Positions 13,159 through 18,780 of a stretch of DNA of 18,780 nt are shown here, piece by piece (position 1 is the first letter of the stretch; the number at the start of each line of letters is the position of its first letter). A program made the position numbers and the translations under genes. This stretch comes from a virus: the IMG/VR virus record IMGVR_UViG_3300045988_073124, one strand, 5' to 3'. The notes below the pieces were generated by a model. The model saw only the letters and a program-made list of their open reading frames with translations. It was not told the origin of the DNA and ran no database searches.

Positions 13159-14615
13159 CCACTATCTACGACAAAACCGACAATTACGGACTGAATCTTT
13201 ACGGCGACAGTGACCCCGCCGACCTGAGGGACGGCTACAACGGATCCATGCGCACCATTGACTCCACGCTCGAAACGCACCTCAATCGCATCGAGGGTGT
13301 AGAGTCGCGTGAAACGCATGATGAGGAAGTGGTCAAAGCGCTGGTTGGTAATAATACGGTGGACAATGCCACCGCAAGTAAGGCCAAATGGGATAAAGCC
13401 GGTACCGACGCCACCGCCGCCGCCGCAGCGGCCGCCACAGCCGCAGGTAAGGCCGACAACAATAGCGCCATTCTCGCCGCGCTCGGCGCGGACACCACCG
13501 CTCACGCCACCGACGCGAAAGCCAGGTGGGATAAAGCAGGAGTGGACGCAACTACCGCAATCGGCAAAGCCGACGCGAACAAAACCATCCTCACCGCATT
13601 AGGGGCCGATACCACCGCGCACGCCACCGCAAACAGAACGAAGTGGGATAAAAACACTACGGACATTGCCACACTATCCACCTCAGTTGGCAGTAATTCC
13701 GCGCAGATTGCGCAGATTCTGGAAAAACTGGGGCAAGCGCAATATGAGGATGGATATCTCGTCACGTTCGGTGACTCGTACGCCGACAGCACGCAAAAGG
13801 AGCATACGTGGTCATACCAATTGTCCACCATGTTTCCGGAATTGCAGTGGAAAAACTATGCGAAGAGCGGTGCCGGTTTCAACGTGTCCGGAATTCCGAC
13901 GTTCGCCCAGCAGGTCGCCAACTGCGTGGCCGATACCAGTGTGGACAAAGCTAAAGTCAAGGTTGCCGTTTGCGCAGGCGGACGTAACGATATCCTGGAC
14001 TACAGCACCGGACTAACCAAGGCACGTGACGTAGTTGTGGCGATGAAGACGGCGTTTCCGAACGCGATTATCGTGATCGCCCCAATGCTCTTCGACCATG
14101 CCACTCTCGACGAAGGGGGAATGCGGAAATATTACGCACTGCTCGGCGGTGCGATCACCGCCGCGACCGGAAACCGTCGCGTCGTGGTGGCGGACAGCGC
14201 CTACGTTTGGTGCAAGGGCGAAGACAGTTGGTTCCCGTCGGGAGACATTCACCCTAACGAGACTGGAGCCAAGGCTATCGCGAAATACCTCTACACGGCG
14301 TGCCGGGACAGCTACCGCGGCCGACATGCGTACGCCGTCTCCATGCTCGGCTCCATGCCGGTGGAGTTCACTCTGCAAAACGGCGTTATCACGGTAGACG
14401 GACAGGGCGATATTCCATCAATCGGAGAGGGCAAGGGCGGAATCATGGCGAAATGGGCGTATCCACGTCATAACATTTGGCCATGGATAGTCACAGGTGG
14501 TTCCACCAACACTCCGCGGCTAGGGTTCATTCAGACAGACGGAGTCTGGGGAGTATATAATCCGACTGTATCCGACCAAGGCCATGCGAGCTTCATGGCA
14601 TCCTACGCCGCCTAG
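13155..14615 (+). CDS. Tail fibre / appendage protein with an SGNH (GDSL) hydrolase domain, 486 aa
   Basis: N-terminal anchor motif, then repeats of roughly 40-48 aa (aa 72-175). SGNH blocks are present: FGDSYADS (GDS at 13770-13778), GGRND and GDIHPNETG. Confidence 0.75.
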   Translation: MTTIYDKTDNYGLNLYGDSDPADLRDGYNGSMRTIDSTLETHLNRIEGVESRETHDEEVVKALVGNNTVDNATASKAKWDKAGTDATAAAAAAATAAGKADNNSAILAALGADTTAHATDAKARWDKAGVDATTAIGKADANKTILTALGADTTAHATANRTKWDKNTTDIATLSTSVGSNSAQIAQILEKLGQAQYEDGYLVTFGDSYADSTQKEHTWSYQLSTMFPELQWKNYAKSGAGFNVSGIPTFAQQVANCVADTSVDKAKVKVAVCAGGRNDILDYSTGLTKARDVVVAMKTAFPNAIIVIAPMLFDHATLDEGGMRKYYALLGGAITAATGNRRVVVADSAYVWCKGEDSWFPSGDIHPNETGAKAIAKYLYTACRDSYRGRHAYAVSMLGSMPVEFTLQNGVITVDGQGDIPSIGEGKGGIMAKWAYPRHNIWPWIVTGGSTNTPRLGFIQTDGVWGVYNPTVSDQGHASFMASYAA

Positions 14616-14632
14616 TCTCCGATAATCCACAC

Positions 14633-14665
14633 ATAGCCATGCCACTATAATAATGGCATGGCTAT
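14633..14665 (+). promoter_or_regulatory. 12-bp-stem hairpin whose loop contains TATAAT and whose 3' arm contains the start codon of the tail lysin gene
   Basis: ATAGCCATGCCA (14633-14644), loop CTATAATAA, TGGCATGGCTAT (14654-14665). TATAAT is at 14646-14651 and ATG 14658 lies 7 nt after it. There is no SD. Confidence 0.4.
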
Positions 14666-15869
14666 TACTTTTACTCAATGGATTGACCAGACGAAAAACC
14701 GTTTTTGGGACATGGACGGCGCATACGGCGCGCAATGCTGGGACTTATGGGCAAAATACAGTATGGACATGTACGGCATGAGCATCCAGGACTGCATAAC
14801 CCCAACTGGATACGCAGGCGGCTTATATACCGCATACCCCGTGTCCGCACGGTGCGAACAAGTGTACGAACGCATTCCCGCAGACGGATACTCGCCAGTA
14901 GCGGGAGACGTGGCAATATGGGGATACGGCACGTATACTCCCTATACTCATGTGGCGATAGTCGCCGGTGACGGCGTGAAAGACGGGAACATTTACGTTA
15001 TCACCCAGAACCCTGACGCAAGCGCACTCAAATGGTTCCCCACCACCGGACTCTTAGGTTACTTGCATCCCCGTACCATGCCGAAACCGGACGCCAATAA
15101 TCCGACCGGCGACAACAACCAGGGCAACCCCGACACGTCACGCGGGGGAGCGTGGATACATTGGCAGGGCGATAACCTCTACTTGCACGAGACCGACAAT
15201 GCTGGTACGCGGACACGGATCTTCTACAGGACCACGGCCAATAATTTTTCGGAAAAAGCGTCGCAATCCCAGCCGTCAGACTCGCAAGGACAGGGGCATC
15301 CGTCCAGCTCGGTCAGTGCGGAAAACTCGTATGCGCTCTATGTGATTGGCACGGTGGAAGCGGGTTTGCGCTGGGATGCAGTCGAAGCCGCGAACCTCCA
15401 AGGCATTGGCATTGCGCAATGGAGTTTCGAACGCCGCCTGCAAGTGCTCAACACGATGAAAGCCGCCGACCCAACCGGATATGAGGCGTTCAGAACCGCC
15501 GCGCCGGAAGTTGCCGCATTAATGGAAAGCGGTGGCACGTTCAAACGTTCGCTCACCTCAGTGGAGGCGTTCGCGTTCAGAACGTGGGCGGCACGAAACG
15601 AGTCGAAAGAGGGGCAGCGCAAGCAGTTCGCGGAAGACTATGCGGGCTATCCTAAAGAGTATGATGACACGAAAATGCAGATTCTTTGGGTGACGGCATA
15701 CCACCAGTCCCCCGCGAACGCTTTGAAGGTGCCGAAAGCGTCGAACCTAGCACAGCTCAAAAACAACATTCTATCCACGTCCCCGTTCGGCCCGTACACG
15801 ACACGATACAATCAGGCATATTCGCTATTGAGTGTGTGGGATGGAAAGTCTAATCCTCCCGCGTTCTAA
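14658..15869 (+). CDS. Virion-associated peptidoglycan hydrolase with an N-terminal CHAP domain and a C-terminal lysozyme-like domain, 403 aa
   Basis: The CHAP Cys is in GAYGAQCWDLW and the His in YTHVAIV. The C-terminal segment VEAGLRWDAVEAANLQGIGIAQWSFERR resembles the phage tail lysozyme E...GxGxxQW motif. It occupies the phi29 gp13 position. Confidence 0.7.
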   Translation: MAITFTQWIDQTKNRFWDMDGAYGAQCWDLWAKYSMDMYGMSIQDCITPTGYAGGLYTAYPVSARCEQVYERIPADGYSPVAGDVAIWGYGTYTPYTHVAIVAGDGVKDGNIYVITQNPDASALKWFPTTGLLGYLHPRTMPKPDANNPTGDNNQGNPDTSRGGAWIHWQGDNLYLHETDNAGTRTRIFYRTTANNFSEKASQSQPSDSQGQGHPSSSVSAENSYALYVIGTVEAGLRWDAVEAANLQGIGIAQWSFERRLQVLNTMKAADPTGYEAFRTAAPEVAALMESGGTFKRSLTSVEAFAFRTWAARNESKEGQRKQFAEDYAGYPKEYDDTKMQILWVTAYHQSPANALKVPKASNLAQLKNNILSTSPFGPYTTRYNQAYSLLSVWDGKSNPPAF

Positions 15870-15874
15870 AAGTA

Positions 15875-15883
15875 TGGTATAAT
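15875..15883 (+). promoter_or_regulatory. Extended -10 promoter element TGgTATAAT
   Basis: Perfect TGnTATAAT 6 nt after the tail lysin stop. Confidence 0.45.
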
Positions 15884-15943
15884 TGATAGTGGCGGTGGTT
15901 ATGTGATGACCTTTCCCTTGAACAGCCGCCAGATGATAGGTTG

Positions 15944-15979
15944 GTGGAGGGCGTGCGAGTCATGGCGCACGCCCTCCAC
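15944..15979 (+). other. GC-rich stem-loop with a 14-bp perfect stem in the leader of the packaging ATPase gene
   Basis: GTGGAGGGCGTGCG (15944-15957), loop AGTCATGG, CGCACGCCCTCCAC (15966-15979). There is no U-tract, and the SD AGGAGG follows at about 15988-15993. Confidence 0.7.
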
Positions 15980-16001
15980 TAGTTTCAGGAGGTTTGCAAT
16001 C

Positions 16002-17069
16002 ATGACATTGCAGGCGCTTGACGAGGGCGATTATTACGATCTGCATAATCTGTTGACGCGAAACGCTCCATGGAATTTCATAATCGGCGCACGCGGACTC
16101 GGCAAAACGTTCGCCGCGAAACGGTATGGCATCAAGGAATATCTGAAACACGGCCACGAGTTCATTTATTTGCGCCGTACGGACGTGGAACAGCACCGCA
16201 AGGAAACGTTCTTCAAGGACATTCAAGAGTTCTTCCCCCAATACGAATTTCGCGTGAATGGTGAAAAAGGGCAATTGCATAAGACGTCATGGGATGAAAA
16301 GGACTGGAGGACATGCTGTTATTTCGTTGCCCTCTCGCAAGCAGGCGGCTTGAAGTCAGTCGCCTACCCTAAAGTGCACTTGATTATCTTCGACGAAATA
16401 TTCCCCGACAATCTACGCTTTTTAAGCAATGAAGTGAACTCGTTCAGCGAGTTCTACAATACTGTGGATAGGTGGCAGGATAGAACAAAAGTACTATTCC
16501 TCTCGAACGCGGTTCAAAAAGCCAATCCGTATTTCGCGAAATACCGGCTCGACATTGGTTCCCAGCAGGCCAATCAACAACAATACAAGTTATATTGCGG
16601 GGGGTTCATCTGCTTAGAATTGGCCGACTATGGCGGATTCAGTGCGAAAGTCGCACAATCCAAGTTCGGCAAATTCCTTGAGCAGTACGACAGCGATTAC
16701 GCCGACTATGCGATCAGAAACAAGTTCCGCGATGAGTCGGACACGTTGCTAGCGCCAATCCCCAGCGATGGCGAACTCTCCTACGTGCTGGACACTACCG
16801 ACTACGCGCGGTTTGGTATTTGGGTTTCCGTGTCCGAACGCGACGGACATGTTTCACAATACGTTTCACGACGTATTCCAAAAGACAACACACGTCCCGT
16901 CTACACGCTCGACCCGAACCATGTAGACGAAAAAACATGGTACGTCAAAAAATCGGATGATATCATAAGACGACTCACCACCGGCTATCGACTTGGCAAA
17001 ATACGGTTCGACGACTCACAAGTAAAAGCCGACTTTGGCTTAATCATAGGAGAACTACTAGGAAAGTAA
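16002..17069 (+). CDS. DNA encapsidation ATPase (phi29 gp16-like), 355 aa
   Basis: Matches include WNFIIGARGLGKTFAAK (Walker A, against gp16 LNFVIGARGIGKSYAMK), GHEFIYLRR, YPKVHLIIFDEIF (Walker B) and FLSNAVQKANPYF. I chose the ATG at 16002 with AGGAGG 7 nt upstream, so the track ORF starting at 15903 is trimmed. Confidence 0.92.
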   Translation: MTLQALDEGDYYDLHNLLTRNAPWNFIIGARGLGKTFAAKRYGIKEYLKHGHEFIYLRRTDVEQHRKETFFKDIQEFFPQYEFRVNGEKGQLHKTSWDEKDWRTCCYFVALSQAGGLKSVAYPKVHLIIFDEIFPDNLRFLSNEVNSFSEFYNTVDRWQDRTKVLFLSNAVQKANPYFAKYRLDIGSQQANQQQYKLYCGGFICLELADYGGFSAKVAQSKFGKFLEQYDSDYADYAIRNKFRDESDTLLAPIPSDGELSYVLDTTDYARFGIWVSVSERDGHVSQYVSRRIPKDNTRPVYTLDPNHVDEKTWYVKKSDDIIRRLTTGYRLGKIRFDDSQVKADFGLIIGELLGK

Positions 17070-17084
17070 GGAAGGAAACAATTA

Positions 17085-17456
17085 ATGACAATGACAACAA
17101 CGGACGTATGGTGTGTGATCGCAGTAGTCTTCTTCATCATTGTGGACTACGTGACAGGCATTGCAAAAGCCATCTTAAACGACACGCTCAACTCCCAGAA
17201 AATGCGACAAGGCTTATGGCACAAGTTCGCCTACCTCATACTCACCCTGGTAGCCTATTTCATAGACATGATTAACCTACATGTAGACCTTGGACTCCCG
17301 GTCAGCGTATTCGTATGCACGGTCGGCGGCATCAGCCTCATCGAACTCACCTCAATCCTGGAAAACATCACCGCCATTAACCCCGAATTAGCGGACGCCC
17401 CATTCATGAGCGTGTTCGCAAACACCAATACACCAAAACACAGGAAGGAAAACTAA
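17085..17456 (+). CDS. Holin (Holin_4_1-like), 123 aa
   Basis: Multiple TM segments, the motif DYVTGIAKAI, and a position directly upstream of the endolysin. Confidence 0.75.
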   Translation: MTMTTTDVWCVIAVVFFIIVDYVTGIAKAILNDTLNSQKMRQGLWHKFAYLILTLVAYFIDMINLHVDLGLPVSVFVCTVGGISLIELTSILENITAINPELADAPFMSVFANTNTPKHRKEN

Positions 17457-17457
17457 C

Positions 17458-18129
17458 ATGAACATCCAAGAATGGATGAACTCCGTCAACGGCAAAATCA
17501 TCGACATGGACGGCGCATACGGCGGACAATGCTGGGACCTATGGAGCAACTACGCACGCAACGTATACGGCATCCCAGCCGCCGACACCAACACCGTAGA
17601 CGGATACGCCGCAAGCGTCTACACTGCACGATACGACCGCTCCCGCGCTCTACAGGACACATTCAGCCGAGAGGGTGCCAACTATACGCCGGTTTACGGT
17701 GACGTGGCATTCTGGAACGGCAATGGCATGAACCACGTAGCCATCGTAATACGAGACAACGGCAACGGAACACTGGAAACCATGTCGCAGAACCCAAACA
17801 AAGCCGGATATATCACGATCAGCAAGACCGGTATTATTGGTTACTTCCACCCGCGCACGGCAAACACGGCAACACCAGGAAGCAACAATGTGACCATTAT
17901 TCCGCGCACTTACAAGGTCAACGTAAGCACACTCAATGTCCGATCCGCTCCATCCACCTCAGCACAAGTAGTAGCCCAATACCACTACGGCCAAACCGTC
18001 AACCTATCCGAAGGAGGCGTGATCGCAGACGGATACATCTGGGCACACTACGTAGGCTATTCAGGCAAAACCCGATACGTGGCACTCGCCCCAGCAGACA
18101 AGTCCGCATGGTATCTCGTATTCGCCTAA
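17458..18129 (+). CDS. Endolysin with an N-terminal CHAP domain and a C-terminal SH3b-type cell-wall-binding domain, 223 aa
   Basis: CHAP residues are in GAYGGQCWDLW and NHVAIV. The C-terminal segment YKVNVSTLNVRSAPSTSAQVVAQYHYGQTV...GYIWAHY is SH3-like. Confidence 0.85.
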   Translation: MNIQEWMNSVNGKIIDMDGAYGGQCWDLWSNYARNVYGIPAADTNTVDGYAASVYTARYDRSRALQDTFSREGANYTPVYGDVAFWNGNGMNHVAIVIRDNGNGTLETMSQNPNKAGYITISKTGIIGYFHPRTANTATPGSNNVTIIPRTYKVNVSTLNVRSAPSTSAQVVAQYHYGQTVNLSEGGVIADGYIWAHYVGYSGKTRYVALAPADKSAWYLVFA

Positions 18130-18145
18130 ATTGACAGCATAAAAT

Positions 18146-18174
18146 AAGCCCCTAGGCTCATAACCTAGGGGCTT
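18146..18174. terminator. Bidirectional terminator hairpin between convergent genes
   Basis: AAGCCCCTAGG (18146-18156), loop CTCATAA, CCTAGGGGCTT (18164-18174). It is flanked by an A-rich sequence upstream and a T-containing sequence downstream. Confidence 0.65.
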
Positions 18175-18179
18175 TACTA

Positions 18180-18425
18180 TTACCACGTCCGGGCAAACGC
18201 TTCCAAGTCTTCAGCGGAAAACAGAAGCAAATCATCATCCGTTTCATAAGGCAAAAGGAATTGATACGAATCATACTGAGCCACATCATAATCGTCAACG
18301 GCCTGATCGCGATCAATCGAACTCGTAACACCGTCCTTGACACCATGAAGCGTCACGGACGGGTCATCCCACAAAGTGGTCAGCAGTTCGTTCTTTTCCT
18401 TGAAAGTCATGTTTGAAATCATCAT
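18180..18425 (-). CDS. Hypothetical early protein, 81 aa, strongly acidic
   Basis: The ATG at 18425-18423 and its SD lie inside the right ITR, so I trimmed the track ORF 18180-18455. I count 18 D/E against 5 K/R. Confidence 0.7.
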   Translation of the reverse strand: MMISNMTFKEKNELLTTLWDDPSVTLHGVKDGVTSSIDRDQAVDDYDVAQYDSYQFLLPYETDDDLLLFSAEDLEAFARTW

Positions 18426-18459
18426 TTTATTTTTCCTTTCCCTTGAAGCGGACAACTAC

Positions 18460-18468
18460 ACCATAACA
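18460..18468 (-). promoter_or_regulatory. Mirror copy of the TGtTATGGT element upstream of the right terminal gene
   Basis: The same sequence as part of the ITR, upstream of ATG 18425 on the minus strand. Confidence 0.3.
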
Positions 18469-18647
18469 CAAACAAACAGGCAACACGCCCAAAAACAAAA
18501 CAAAACAAAAAAATAAAAGACAGTTACCGGCCGGACGGTAAGTAAGCTACGGTTACGTAACCGTAACTTAGCCAGACATGGATTGTTGCATATACAACCA
18601 TTGACACAGTGTCAATAAAAAAACGACACGCCCAAAAATAAAAAAAA

Positions 18648-18676
18648 TTGACAGGCAGACGTAAAAAAAATATAAT
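18648..18676 (+). promoter_or_regulatory. Outward-facing consensus promoter TTGACA-17-TATAAT (right ITR copy)
   Basis: TTGACA at 18648-18653, spacer GGCAGACGTAAAAAAAA (17 nt), TATAAT at 18671-18676. An ATG at 18683 lies 7 nt after the -10 hexamer. Confidence 0.5.
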
Positions 18677-18780
18677 AGAGGCATGAACAAAACAAAGCAC
18701 CAAGGACCACACAGAACAAAAAAAAATAATACACAAATAAAAAAAACCACAAGGGAAAATCTTCACACAAACCCACACCC

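Larger units (their letters stand above)
18423..18780. repeat. Right inverted terminal repeat (ITR), 358 bp
   Basis: Exact reverse complement of 1-358. Confidence 0.97.

Noticed and set aside
13380-13680. GCC/ACC-rich repetitive DNA, considered as a possible non-coding tandem repeat or CRISPR-like array.
   Set aside because: The repeats are in frame within the fibre gene and encode the Ala run and the WDKAG...GADTTAHAT protein repeats. There is no spacer-repeat architecture.
15903-16001. N-terminal extension of the packaging ATPase, which is the start given in the ORF track.
   Set aside because: The strong AGGAGG SD sits 7 nt before ATG 16002. From that ATG, the distance to the Walker A motif matches phi29 gp16. 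The extension would have to be translated through a 14-bp GC stem.
18683-18780. Open frame of 32+ codons without a stop running off the genome end, considered as a real protein-coding gene.
   Set aside because: This strand has almost no T, so stop codons are not expected by chance. A non-stop message would be targeted by tmRNA. I kept it only as part of the outward-promoter finding, not as a CDS.
1-18780. Search by eye for tRNA genes, CRISPR arrays, integrase, repressor or excisionase, transposase or defence-system genes.
   Set aside because: I recognised none. All long ORFs are accounted for by phage replication, morphogenesis, packaging and lysis functions. Only the small early ORFs remain unassigned.

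Overview
The window appears to be a complete 18,780-bp linear dsDNA phage genome of the phi29-like (picovirus, protein-primed) type. It is bounded by perfect 358-bp inverted terminal repeats (1-358 is the reverse complement of 18423-18780). All genes but one are on the + strand. From left to right I see four blocks. (1) About ten small early genes (356-2810) with visibly lower GC and AT-ending codons; two of them are missing from the ORF track. (2) A replication module colinear with phi29 genes 6-5-3-2: a possible p6-like protein, a putative SSB, a putative terminal protein and a compact family-B protein-primed DNA polymerase. (3) A late module colinear with phi29 genes 7-8-9-10-11-12-13: acidic scaffold, gp8-like major capsid protein with two Ig-like domains, gp9-like tail knob, gp10-like portal, lower collar, fibre proteins (one with an SGNH esterase domain) and a CHAP tail lysin. 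(4) A gp16-like packaging ATPase, holin and CHAP-SH3 endolysin, followed by one leftward acidic gene at the right end. I saw no integrase, repressor, tRNA or CRISPR. GC level, extended -10 promoters and possible leaderless starts suggest an actinobacterial host, which is inference only. The most interesting unexplained signals are: a roughly 170-nt promoter-to-terminator non-coding unit between the polymerase and the late operon, a candidate prohead-RNA analogue; a highly structured leader upstream of the packaging ATPase; the dense internal architecture of the ITRs, including an outward-facing perfect consensus promoter, palindromes, a hairpin plus T-tract, and an ITR boundary that falls exactly after a shared ATG; and a polymerase with apparently degenerate exonuclease and non-canonical polymerase motifs. 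All homology statements come from reading the translations against remembered phi29 proteins. No searches were run.
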